Shown here: positions 8,949-18,503 of the stretch, one piece after another
Position numbering within the stretch: position 1 is the first letter of the stretch
Layout: each line of letters begins with the position of its first letter
From: an uncultured Bacteroidaceae bacterium
GTDB taxonomy: Bacteria > Bacteroidota > Bacteroidia > Bacteroidales > GCA-2748055
Direction: 5' to 3'
DNA: 64,000 nucleotides
Assembly: GCA_964406495.1 (NCBI GenBank)
Contig: CAYOSB010000002.1
Coordinates: forward strand, 5,044 to 69,043
Notes under the pieces: model-generated
Seen by the model: only the letters and a program-made list of their open reading frames with translations
Database searches by the model: none
Told to the model about the DNA's origin: nothing
Position numbers and translations under genes: made by a program

Positions 8949-11861
8949 TCACTGCCGGATGATCACCAACTCTGAATGTCTTGCACCGGCGGTACCGGCA
9001 GAAAGAATATAGGTTCCGGGATTGATTCCGGTCAGGGGCAATTGTATCACTGCCCTGCCCGGCTGCAGTCGCTGCTCTGTAAAATCCCCGCCAATAATAC
9101 GCCCGCTGAGGTCCCTCAACGCTACATGTATCACATCCGCCTGGTGCATTTCGATGTCAATGGTGAGCGCAGTTTGTGCCGGATTGGGGTACACCTGGAA
9201 CTTCTCCTCCCCAAATCGTTTGTTTTGCGTATATACTCCTTCTTCCATATAGCTGGCGGCGATCAACGCGGGACCATCTCCCATGGTCAGGCTGGTGGAC
9301 GATGCATTCATATCTGCAATCACCGGATTCCCCGATTGGATGATCCACTGATCGAATTTCATACCTGAAGGCGGACGATCGGCAGCAATGGTGACCTGGT
9401 GACCTTCCGGATAGTTTCCTCCCCCGTCACCCCCATCAACCAGCAGGGTATACAGCGGGCCTACTTCGGTATCGATCAATTGGATGGCATCGATACGGGA
9501 AGTAACAGGACCAGATTTAAAGCGATAGATCCGGAACCAGTTAATTGCACTAAGGTCGGGAGACCCCGATTTGTTTGCCTCACTGGTTTTCAGCGTAACA
9601 TAATTCCAGCCGTCGGTTAATCCCGTCAGGTTCCAGCTATACTCGTTCTGGTCGGGTCTGCCTGAGCTGCCGATCTCCACCTGGTTGCTAGATTCATGGA
9701 CCGAGACATCCGAGACATAGTACCAGAAGCTCAGTTCAGTATTTGCTTCTGTGCCATAACAATTATACGGCGTGGTAAAAATCTTTTTAAACTCATCCGT
9801 ACTTGCTGCAGAGAATTCAATACACCCGGTACCCTGTTGCTGATCTGTCTCATTCAGACTCAGTCCGGCAGAAGATTTCCACCCGTCACTGCTGTCACAG
9901 TCATCCAGGTAACTTCCCGGATTGCCACTGATCACCTGCTTCAGTTCCGATTTCTCACCGAACCATTCTTCGCCATCCTGCACCATCTGCCACTGAAAAT
10001 TCAACAACCCGTCCGCATCCGGCACGATTACGTCGAATGTGAAGGTTTTCTCCTCCCCGGGTTCAATGCTGTCCCCTTCGGCAAGATGCACCCGGGTGCG
10101 TCCCCAGGTCTTGTTATCGGCAGGCCCCTGGCTACCCAGCCTGAATTGACCGAGGGGCGTCCAGGAAGTAGTTCCCGTGTTTTTCATGGTAATACTTACC
10201 GTGATCGTATCGCCTGCAACCAATTCAGGGACATCCTGCGCAACGAATGCAGCATCGTTCCCTGTTTCCCTGCCCCCGTTCCGCAAGTCGCGTTGCGAAA
10301 CGCTGTAATAATGGATGGAATTCTTTCCTGCCAGCCACTCCAGCAAGCAGGCCCGCAGTTCCTCGGCTTTATCCAGGTATTGATCACGGTCGGGATTGCT
10401 GCCCAGCAGGTTATTCATTTCATGGGGATCGGTATTCAGATCATACATGGCATTGATCACATCCGATTTGATAGTATAGGGAATCATCAGTTTCCAACCA
10501 TCTTTGACCACCATGTAGTTTGGATTATTCTCCCTGTCCCATTCTGTCACGACATACTGACCATGGATGGTATCGGTTCCTTCGATCAGTCCCCGAAGAC
10601 TTGTACCTTCTGAAGCAGGTCCGGACACATCCAGGTAGTCAAGGATCGTCGGATAAAGATCTGTAAGGGAAACATAGCCTTCGACCGTGGTGGCAGGCTG
10701 AATCTCCCCGGGGTTCTTTATCAGCAGTGGAATGTGTGCAGATTCTTCAAGAAACACGTTTTTCTCTCGCATGCCATGGGCACCCAGCATTTCACCGTGA
10801 TCACTTACAAAAATGACCATGGTCTTGTCTGCAATACCAAGTGAATCCAGTTGATCAAGGATTTTTCCCACATAGTGATCAATCTCTGAAACCAGCCCAT
10901 AATATTCCGAAATCATGTATTTGATCTTGTCCGGATCCGCATATTCTGTCCGGTTTTGCCTGCTGTTGGAGCGCACATACGGTGAATTCTGCATGTCATC
11001 GTCAATACTCACCGGCGGCACCATTTCCTCCACCGGGTACATGCCGTACCAGGGTTCAGGAGCAAGCATAGGGGAATGCGGGAAATGAAAGGAACAGGTA
11101 ATACTGAAGGTGGAATCCTTCAGCCGCTCGATCGCCTCCATCGCCTGCCCGGCCTGGAAGGCAGTCATGGTATGCTCCTGGTCGAGTGTCAGTTCGCCGT
11201 GTTGATCGGGCTGTGAATGCTTTAATCCCTGGTTTTGCAATTCCTGCCATGTTTTACCAAAATAGCGGTCCAGGGGATTGGCGATATAGGGCCACTTTGA
11301 CATTCCATCTATAAACTCACCCGCGCCCGGGGCTGGGGGAGAACCCACTTTTGCTAGGTAGTCCCGCCAGATGTGACTCTGTCCGCCGGGTCCGAACACC
11401 GAAGCCCCGTTCCCTGCAACCTGCACTGGGTTTTCGTATACTTCAGCACGTTCTGACAGGGCATGCCATTTCCCGTAGTATTCGCATCGATAGCCATTTT
11501 CTGACAGCACCTCATCAAATGTCGGCATGGTCATTACCTCGCTCTCATCGTAATAATACGTTTGCCCGTTTGAGTAAACGCCGGTGCCCTCAACGGAGAA
11601 ACCGGTAAGCATGGAAGAGCGTGCCGGTCCGCAAACAGCGCACGGTGTATAGGCATTCCTAAAATAAGCGCCCTCCTCCGCAAGACGGTCCAGGTTGGGT
11701 GTCTGAATGACATCATTCCCTGCATATCCCAGTGCATCGTAGCGTTGCTGGTCTGTAATTATAAATAACAGGTTCTTTTTTTTCGGTTGCTGGGAGATAG
11801 CGTTCTGGAGGAATAATAACCCCAGAAAGATAAATAGGTACCGCGACATATCAATGTTCAT
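8949..11861 (-). CDS. Multidomain sulfatase with Ig-like/CBM-like modules and a T9SS C-terminal sorting domain
   Basis: 970 aa.
- N-terminal sulfatase: NLLFIITDQQRYD, TPCAVCGPARSSMLTG, GKWH.
- Ig-like block: TITVSITMKNTGTTSWTP...FQWQMVQDGEEWFGE.
- Jelly-roll/CBM-like block, then a YTLLVDGGDGGG...FDQW repeat-type block.
- C-terminal FQVYPNPAQTALTIDIE...GTYIL...VIIRQ, typical of a Por/T9SS sorting domain. Confidence 0.9.
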   Translation of the reverse strand: MNIDMSRYLFIFLGLLFLQNAISQQPKKKNLLFIITDQQRYDALGYAGNDVIQTPNLDRLAEEGAYFRNAYTPCAVCGPARSSMLTGFSVEGTGVYSNGQTYYYDESEVMTMPTFDEVLSENGYRCEYYGKWHALSERAEVYENPVQVAGNGASVFGPGGQSHIWRDYLAKVGSPPAPGAGEFIDGMSKWPYIANPLDRYFGKTWQELQNQGLKHSQPDQHGELTLDQEHTMTAFQAGQAMEAIERLKDSTFSITCSFHFPHSPMLAPEPWYGMYPVEEMVPPVSIDDDMQNSPYVRSNSRQNRTEYADPDKIKYMISEYYGLVSEIDHYVGKILDQLDSLGIADKTMVIFVSDHGEMLGAHGMREKNVFLEESAHIPLLIKNPGEIQPATTVEGYVSLTDLYPTILDYLDVSGPASEGTSLRGLIEGTDTIHGQYVVTEWDRENNPNYMVVKDGWKLMIPYTIKSDVINAMYDLNTDPHEMNNLLGSNPDRDQYLDKAEELRACLLEWLAGKNSIHYYSVSQRDLRNGGRETGNDAAFVAQDVPELVAGDTITVSITMKNTGTTSWTPLGQFRLGSQGPADNKTWGRTRVHLAEGDSIEPGEEKTFTFDVIVPDADGLLNFQWQMVQDGEEWFGEKSELKQVISGNPGSYLDDCDSSDGWKSSAGLSLNETDQQQGTGCIEFSAASTDEFKKIFTTPYNCYGTEANTELSFWYYVSDVSVHESSNQVEIGSSGRPDQNEYSWNLTGLTDGWNYVTLKTSEANKSGSPDLSAINWFRIYRFKSGPVTSRIDAIQLIDTEVGPLYTLLVDGGDGGGNYPEGHQVTIAADRPPSGMKFDQWIIQSGNPVIADMNASSTSLTMGDGPALIAASYMEEGVYTQNKRFGEEKFQVYPNPAQTALTIDIEMHQADVIHVALRDLSGRIIGGDFTEQRLQPGRAVIQLPLTGINPGTYILSAGTAGARHSELVIIRQ

Positions 11862-11880
11862 TTAAAATCTCAATTAACAA

Positions 11881-11909
11881 GTTACCATTAACTGTGGGTT
11901 AATGGTAAC
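11881..11909. promoter_or_regulatory. Perfect 12-bp inverted repeat GTTACCATTAAC-(5 nt)-GTTAATGGTAAC
   Basis: Read directly from the sequence. It sits 19 nt upstream of the minus-strand start codon at 11861 and about 170 nt downstream of the GH92-like stop at 12077. It could be an operator or a 5'-UTR/terminator hairpin. The function is unknown. Confidence 0.3.
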
Positions 11910-12076
11910 TTAAAGTAAAATTTATGCACCACTGTGTCTAATTTTTTTCGGCTTTTCTTTGCCTGATCCTGCAGGAACATCTTCCCGGACCGACTAAATA
12001 TTCACACCAGCGATAAAGCTGAGGCCAGCGTACTGAACAGACCGGCCATGCGATTTCTATAGTCTTCCGGCAGAAC

Positions 12077-14401
12077 TTATACTTCCGGCAGGATAGTCTC
12101 TGTACCCCACTCCTTATTCGGCAGCTCCCCCAACCTGAGTTCCAGTGTGGCGCCGGACATTACCTGCTTATGCGTGATAAACGGACTGAATATCTCCTCA
12201 CCATTGATAAATGCCTGCTGAATATACTTTTTCGTTTTGCTCGCTCCATCGGCGACCACTGTAAACGTATTGCCATTGGTAAGGTCAATACTCACTTTTT
12301 CGAAAATGGGACTTGTAATGGTGTAAAATGGAATTCCGGGAGTTACCGGGTAGATCCCCATCGCCGAGAACACAACAAAGGCCGTCATTCCACCCCCGTC
12401 CTCATCACCTGGTACACCGAATATATTGTCCTTGAACCAAACATCGAGCAGGAACCGTGTTTTCTTCTGTGTTTTCCAGGGTGCGCCGAAATAGTTGAAC
12501 AGGTAAGGGATGTGGAAGGAGGGCTCATTTCCCATGCTGAACTGTCCAACCATACCTGTAGAGTTCGCGCCATGCACATAAAATTCACGCTTGCGCATCC
12601 CCAATGGCTCCCGGAACAACTGGTCCAGGCGTGCCTCAGCTGCTTCCTTGCCTCCAAGCAATGCCGTCAGTCCCTCTATATCGTGCTGCACATCCCAGGC
12701 ATAGGTCCATCCATTGTTCTCGTCGTAGTAATTTCGGTACCCCGGTCCGCCATCTTTCCTGGGATCGATATCGATCCAATTTCCTTCATCGTCCTTCGGC
12801 ATAAAAAGGCGTTCCCCCGCATGCCATAGATTTTTATAATCCAGTGCCTTTTCAGCATATATCTCTTCCTCCTGCTGCTTTCCCAGTTCATCTGCCAGTT
12901 CCGACAGCGCCCAGAAATCATAGCTGATCCCAAGGGTAACAGCCACCGGTTGTCGTTTTTCGAAACCATCCATCTGCGGTTCAGTCTCTTCTTCCCCCGG
13001 TCGCAATGAGGGGAAATACCCATGTTCGTGATAGAAATCATCGATCGGACGCCGCGGTGTTCCCTGTCTCCAGGGAATGAATGTGCCTTCCACCAGGTTC
13101 TTTTTGATCCCCTCATAAGCCAGCTCCACGTTGTAATCCCGCAGTCCTTTCCGATAGCCGTCAATGAATATGGCAGCGGAATGATAGGCATTCATGCACA
13201 TGTGGTTCCCATGCACCTGTGGAAAAGTAGGCATCCAGCCACTCTGTTCATACATCAGGGTATATGAGTTGAGCATATCATTTTCCATTTCAGGATCCAG
13301 GATGGTGCGCAGGGGGTGCGTGGCCAGGTAGGTATCCCATACCCAGTCATCCACGTAGAAGGGGCGGTCGCTCTCGTGTACTTTTCCATCATACCCGCTG
13401 TAATACCTGCCATACTCATTGATATCCACCATTCGTTCGTAGGTACGGTAGAGCGAAGTATAAAATGTCCTTTTCTGGGCCAGTGTTCCACCTTCCACCT
13501 GGATCTGCCCGACTGTCTGCTCCCAGGTCTCCTTTCCCTGCGCAACCAGTGCATCAAAATGCACATGCTCCAGTTCCTGCTCGCAATTATAACGTGCCTG
13601 GTCAGCACTGATATACGATACAGCATATTTGAGTAATATATTTTCCGGCGCTTCCGGCGGGAGGCTGATCGCCAGGCGACCGGAAGAGCTGTCCAGTTCC
13701 AGGTCACCAACCTGCTGCCCCGCTTCATCGGTAAGCACTGCATGAATAAATACATCCATTTCCCTGCGTACCGAGAAGATTCCACGCGGTGTGTATATGA
13801 TCTTCTCCTGCAAGCGTATTGTGCCGTCTTCATTGGCGGCTGCAGCCATATGATGCGAACCGTTGAATAAAAGATTCCTTTTGTCATTTTCGGAGAATTC
13901 TATCTTGTATATACCACTCCTGGCACCCGGTGTGAAACTCAACCTGATATCATCCTCGATCAGGTAGGTGGAATAGAGCCAGGGGTGCACGGTTTCAAGG
14001 TCATGATCGATCACCATTTTTTTTCGCCAGGAATCCCGCGTTATTTCGCCGTTGACCACCTTCATCTGGAACAGTCCTTTGTTCCTGTGTGCCGCAACCT
14101 GGAGCGGCCAGGCCTCTACCTGGTCGGAGATGTAGTCCGATTTCACCGGGTACATTCGAAGCATCTTGTTGGGCAGATGGAATGTCGGGTAGGTGGGAAC
14201 GAGAAAACGAGACACATTCCCAATGGTTGGATCAATATATTGGGTGTTGTCCTCCTTACCTGCGATACTGTTTTCATTGGTGCAGGAGTAAGCTACCAGG
14301 GTGAGCATACCTATCATAAACAGGATTCCGAGTTTGGATGCAACCCTTTGAGAACTCATAAAATCAACTTGCGGATATTGTTGTTGGATGGAATGATTCA
14401 T
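12077..14401 (-). CDS. GH92-like glycoside hydrolase (alpha-mannosidase family), divergent subgroup
   Basis: 774 aa. Motifs FYTSLYRTYERM, DDWVWDTY, NEPSFHIPYLFNYFGAPWKTQ and GDEDGGGMTAFVVFSAMGIYPVTPG. Lipoprotein-like LVAYSCTN. The true start may be the internal Met at 14359. Confidence 0.9.
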   Translation of the reverse strand: MNHSIQQQYPQVDFMSSQRVASKLGILFMIGMLTLVAYSCTNENSIAGKEDNTQYIDPTIGNVSRFLVPTYPTFHLPNKMLRMYPVKSDYISDQVEAWPLQVAAHRNKGLFQMKVVNGEITRDSWRKKMVIDHDLETVHPWLYSTYLIEDDIRLSFTPGARSGIYKIEFSENDKRNLLFNGSHHMAAAANEDGTIRLQEKIIYTPRGIFSVRREMDVFIHAVLTDEAGQQVGDLELDSSSGRLAISLPPEAPENILLKYAVSYISADQARYNCEQELEHVHFDALVAQGKETWEQTVGQIQVEGGTLAQKRTFYTSLYRTYERMVDINEYGRYYSGYDGKVHESDRPFYVDDWVWDTYLATHPLRTILDPEMENDMLNSYTLMYEQSGWMPTFPQVHGNHMCMNAYHSAAIFIDGYRKGLRDYNVELAYEGIKKNLVEGTFIPWRQGTPRRPIDDFYHEHGYFPSLRPGEEETEPQMDGFEKRQPVAVTLGISYDFWALSELADELGKQQEEEIYAEKALDYKNLWHAGERLFMPKDDEGNWIDIDPRKDGGPGYRNYYDENNGWTYAWDVQHDIEGLTALLGGKEAAEARLDQLFREPLGMRKREFYVHGANSTGMVGQFSMGNEPSFHIPYLFNYFGAPWKTQKKTRFLLDVWFKDNIFGVPGDEDGGGMTAFVVFSAMGIYPVTPGIPFYTITSPIFEKVSIDLTNGNTFTVVADGASKTKKYIQQAFINGEEIFSPFITHKQVMSGATLELRLGELPNKEWGTETILPEV

Positions 14402-14754
14402 GGTGTCAGATGTGATTTATTCACAAAATAAACAAGGAGGAATAATAATTGATTAAAGTTTGATTAATAAGTTTGATAAAACTTTATTTTTAATTGAACT
14501 CAGCCCTCCTGGAATTTTTTTTACTTCTATACATCTAATACACTATTAACTCACTTCAATGACGCGAATTATGTGGTTTAAAACAAGATCAAAATACTTC
14601 TGGTAGTTATCTCCTTTTCAATAACATTTTATAGTATTGATACAGACTCGTATTTCATGACATTAAGCTTTTATTAATGAACTGTTATTTAGATTACCTT
14701 AAATTGGATTCAGATATTATTTCGAGCCTGACTCATTTATCAAAAAAGCAAAAT

Positions 14755-15987
14755 ATGAAAAAGTTCCATTGCCTTGTCATCACAGCGTTATTCCTCTCAA
14801 ATTTCGCGATCGCAGGAGGTCCGAAAAGCATCAGGGATTTCGATGTACTTCCCGAAAACAGTCCCGCTGAAAACAAAATGAATCTCCAGAAAGCCATTGA
14901 CTGGGCATCGCCGAGAGGGGCAGCACTTTTTATTGAACCTTCAGAAACGCCTTATCCTGTTGATGGTGGACTGGTTCTGAAGAAGAACGTATCCCTGGTG
15001 GGTGTGCACGGTCCGACCCACAGGGGAACGGTGCATCCTGATAAAAAACAACCGGTGGGCAGCGTGTTCAGCATTACAGACCAGGACAACCCTTTTATCA
15101 CCGTGGAAACAGGCACACAGCTCAAAGGAATCCAGTTCTGGTATCCGGAACAGACGATCAGGGATCCGGAGGCCATCATCCCCTACCCTGCCACTGTCCA
15201 GGTTTCCAAGACCAGCAGGGCCCAGGGAATATTTATGTCCTGCCTTACTTTTTACGGAGAATACCTCGCGTTCGATTTCAATGCGACACGCGGACTGGCA
15301 TGTGAACTCATGACCTTCGAACATTGTTACGGGTATCCGCTGAGCGGCGAATTCATCCGGATCGACTACTGTTACGATGTTCCAAGGATCCTGCATTGTC
15401 ATGTCAATCCGGCTGCACAACGCTACATCGGCGGTCAATACAGCAAGGAGGTCGTGGATGCGGTCATCGCCAAAAAGACATTCGCCTACACGATCAATCA
15501 TACCGACAATGCACAGATCATCGACCTGTTTACTTTCGGAACCTATGGCGGCATTCTCCTGGGCGGAGAGTCCTACGGTCAGCTCACCAATTTCAACTTC
15601 GATTGTGTGGCGGTAGGTATCCATAAAAAAGGCAACAATACCAAGAACCGGAACTGGCAGATCGCCCAGGGATCCATCATCGCCAATACCGGGGAGGACC
15701 TGGAAAACATCCACCCGATCATTATCGAGGGACAGGGGCATACTGCACTCTCCAATGTTGAAGCTTTCTCCGGTGGAAATGGAGCCCTGACCACTGTACC
15801 TGAGAATGAGTCGTGGGACTACATGTTGATTCGCGGCGACCAGAAATGCACTGTATCGGTATGGGGAGCCCGGATGCGCAACTACGCCTCGGATGAGCCG
15901 GTCACGATTGAGAATAAAAAAGCAGTGGTCCAGTTTACTGCCTGCATCGATAAGGATGAGGAGCTTTTTAACCTGACTGTAAAATAA
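14755..15987 (+). CDS. Secreted right-handed beta-helix protein (pectate-lyase-3 / GH28-GH55-related fold), function unknown
   Basis: Start chosen at the ATG at 14755, giving MKKFHCLVITALFLSNFAIAGG. The N-terminal pattern SIRDFDVLPENSP...NLQKAIDWASPRGAALFIEPSETPYPVDGGLVLKKNVSLVG resembles the Pectate_lyase_3 entry motif. The assignment is by resemblance only. Confidence 0.65.
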   Translation: MKKFHCLVITALFLSNFAIAGGPKSIRDFDVLPENSPAENKMNLQKAIDWASPRGAALFIEPSETPYPVDGGLVLKKNVSLVGVHGPTHRGTVHPDKKQPVGSVFSITDQDNPFITVETGTQLKGIQFWYPEQTIRDPEAIIPYPATVQVSKTSRAQGIFMSCLTFYGEYLAFDFNATRGLACELMTFEHCYGYPLSGEFIRIDYCYDVPRILHCHVNPAAQRYIGGQYSKEVVDAVIAKKTFAYTINHTDNAQIIDLFTFGTYGGILLGGESYGQLTNFNFDCVAVGIHKKGNNTKNRNWQIAQGSIIANTGEDLENIHPIIIEGQGHTALSNVEAFSGGNGALTTVPENESWDYMLIRGDQKCTVSVWGARMRNYASDEPVTIENKKAVVQFTACIDKDEELFNLTVK

Positions 15988-16158
15988 TTGCCAGCCGAAA
16001 TGCTATAATGCTCGTTCTCCTGGCAATTTGAAATTTTGAACATGATAAAGGAAGGATAATCAACCTAAGCAAATAATTGTTGAATTTTTCATTATTCAAT
16101 GGGCACCCAACAATTCTTGAAATCCTCTTATCAACTCCGGAAGAAAATTAAAAATCAG

Positions 16159-18396
16159 ATGAAAAAAATTCGAACGCTCCTGTTATTAGTCACGCTCATC
16201 GCAGCATTTGCCTGTTCTAAAACTTCAGAGTCAGGCCAAAAAGAGATTATGCAACCTGTGGACTACGTCAATCCGTACATGGGAACCATCAGTCATATAC
16301 TGGTCCCGACCTTCCCGACGGTCCACCTGCCACACAGTATGATGCGGGCTATCCCGCAAAGGCGTGAAGCGAAAGAAGTTACCATCACAGGATTACCGGT
16401 GATCCAGGCCAGTCACCGGGGGGCATCTGCATTCAGTATCAGCCCGTATCAGGGCGACAAAGCGGGACTCCGTCCTGTGATCGAATACACGTATGATCAT
16501 GAACAGGTAACGCCCTATTCCTATCGCACCTACCTGGATGAATATGATATACAGGCCGACCTGGCCGTATCGCATCAATCTGCCGCTTACCGGATTTCTT
16601 TTCAGAACAAGGAAACTGCCTTCCTGGTTATTACCTCAGGGAGAGGAAGCCTTGGATGGGATGGGGAAGCCATTTCCGGGTATCAGTCCATCGGTGGTGG
16701 CACATCTGTATACCTGTACCTGGAGCCCGGCACATCACCCAATGAAATTTCAGTACTGAGTAATGGCGTATTGCAGGCCGGGGAAAATGCCGCGGGCGAT
16801 GCAGCATCGCTTGTGTTGGTGTTTGATGCGCCAGGAAAAGAGCTCGAAATAAAGTATGGCGTCTCTTTCATTGATGCGGAGCAGGCGAAGGCAAACATGA
16901 AGCGCGAAGTGGATGGAAAAACCGTAGATGAATTATGGGACGAAGGACGAAAGATCTGGAACGAGGAGCTCAGCAAGATCAAAGTACAAGGTGGTTCGGA
17001 GGATGAAAAGACCGTATTTTATACTTCCCTGTATCGTGCATACGAGCGACCGGTGAACATTTCAGAAGACGGACGCTATTACAGTCCGTTCGACGGAGCA
17101 GTGCATAACGATCACGGGCGTGATTTTTATACCGACGACTGGATCTGGGATTCATACAGGGCACATCATCCATTGCGGACCATCATCGATATTCAGCGGG
17201 AGGAGGATATCCTGAACTCCTTTGTCCTGACGGCGGAACAGATGGACCATTTCTGGATGCCAACCTTCCCAACGATAACCGGAGACCGCCGGGCGATGAA
17301 TTCCAATCATGGTGTGGCCACCTTCCTGGATGGGCATGTAAAAGGCCTGGAAAATTTTGATCTTGAAAAGGCTTATCTTTCCGGTAAGCTGGCAGTGACC
17401 GAAAAGACCCTGGCGCCCTGGTCCGGGAAACCCGCCGGGGAACTGGACCGGTTTTATCATGAACACGGGTACATCCCGGCACTGTATCCTGGTGAAGAGG
17501 AGACGATCCCGGAAGTACACCACTTCGAAAGACGTCAGCCCGTTGCCGTAACCCTGGGGACGGCTTATGACGAATGGTGCCTTGCACAACTTGCCCAGGA
17601 ACTGGGCAGGACGGAGGAGGCGGGTCGCTTTATGAAAGGCGCATACAATTACCGGAAACTCTATAACCCTGAAACCGCTTTCTTTCACCCGAAGGATGCA
17701 GAGGGGAATTTCATAGAACCCTTTGATTATACCTTTTCCGGGGGAATGGGTGCGCGTGGATACTATGATGAAAATAATGCCTGGACCTACCGCTGGGATG
17801 TGCAGCACAACATCCCCGACCTGATCGAGCTGATGGGCGGCAATGAAGCATTTGTAGAGAACCTGGATGCCACGTTCCGCGAACCGCTGGGAAGAAGCAA
17901 ATATGCTTTCTATGCGCAATTGCCTGACCAGACCGGTAACGTGGGACAATTCTCCATGGCCAATGAACCCTCGTTGCATATTCCCTATATGTACAACTAC
18001 GCTGCACATCCCTGGAAAACACAGAAAATGATCCACAAACTGGTGAATGACTGGTTCAGGAATGACCTGATGGGCATACCTGGCGATGAAGACGGTGGGG
18101 CGATGTCGGCATTCGTGGTATTTTCCATGATGGGATTTTACCCGGTCACACCGGGTGTCCCGGAGTACAGCATTGGGAGTCCCTTCTTTGAAACCACGAA
18201 TATTGAGCTGGAAAATGGCAACACCTTCACTGTCCAGGCAAATAATTTCAGCCAGGAAAACAAATATATCCAATCTGCAAAGCTGAATGGTGAGGACCTT
18301 CCATTGCCCTGGATCACGCATGATGCTATTATGCAGGGAGGCACGCTTGAACTGGAAATGGGTAAACATGCGAATAGAAACTGGGGTGTAGAATAG
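16159..18396 (+). CDS. GH92-like glycoside hydrolase, same divergent subgroup as 12077-14401
   Basis: Start at the ATG at 16159 (MKKIRTLLLLVTLIAAFACSK). Motifs VDYVNPYMGTISHILVPTFPTVHLP, FYTSLYRAYERP, NEPSLHIPYMYNYAAHPWKTQ and GDEDGGAMSAFVVFSMMGFYPVTPG. Confidence 0.9.
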   Translation: MKKIRTLLLLVTLIAAFACSKTSESGQKEIMQPVDYVNPYMGTISHILVPTFPTVHLPHSMMRAIPQRREAKEVTITGLPVIQASHRGASAFSISPYQGDKAGLRPVIEYTYDHEQVTPYSYRTYLDEYDIQADLAVSHQSAAYRISFQNKETAFLVITSGRGSLGWDGEAISGYQSIGGGTSVYLYLEPGTSPNEISVLSNGVLQAGENAAGDAASLVLVFDAPGKELEIKYGVSFIDAEQAKANMKREVDGKTVDELWDEGRKIWNEELSKIKVQGGSEDEKTVFYTSLYRAYERPVNISEDGRYYSPFDGAVHNDHGRDFYTDDWIWDSYRAHHPLRTIIDIQREEDILNSFVLTAEQMDHFWMPTFPTITGDRRAMNSNHGVATFLDGHVKGLENFDLEKAYLSGKLAVTEKTLAPWSGKPAGELDRFYHEHGYIPALYPGEEETIPEVHHFERRQPVAVTLGTAYDEWCLAQLAQELGRTEEAGRFMKGAYNYRKLYNPETAFFHPKDAEGNFIEPFDYTFSGGMGARGYYDENNAWTYRWDVQHNIPDLIELMGGNEAFVENLDATFREPLGRSKYAFYAQLPDQTGNVGQFSMANEPSLHIPYMYNYAAHPWKTQKMIHKLVNDWFRNDLMGIPGDEDGGAMSAFVVFSMMGFYPVTPGVPEYSIGSPFFETTNIELENGNTFTVQANNFSQENKYIQSAKLNGEDLPLPWITHDAIMQGGTLELEMGKHANRNWGVE

Positions 18397-18503
18397 AGGT
18401 GAACGGGCATTTTCAGCCAGTGGAGACCATGGGAAATGTCCCTCCACAGACCACCAGGAAGATCTCCAGGCTGAATCTTGCGTATTGCCGCCCTTAAATA
18501 TTT

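Noticed and set aside
17152-18447. A 431 aa minus-strand ORF antisense to the GH92-like gene. Similar long antisense ORFs lie at 9696-10613, 12170-12829, 12676-13191, 13255-13887, 14941-15741, 19896-20435, 22116-22892, 25931-26533, 29851-30471, 49060-49854 and 55201-55878.
   Set aside because: Each lies entirely inside a longer ORF on the opposite strand that has clear family motifs. Their translations are low-complexity, rich in Arg, Pro, His and Cys, with no recognisable domains. These are typical shadow ORFs.
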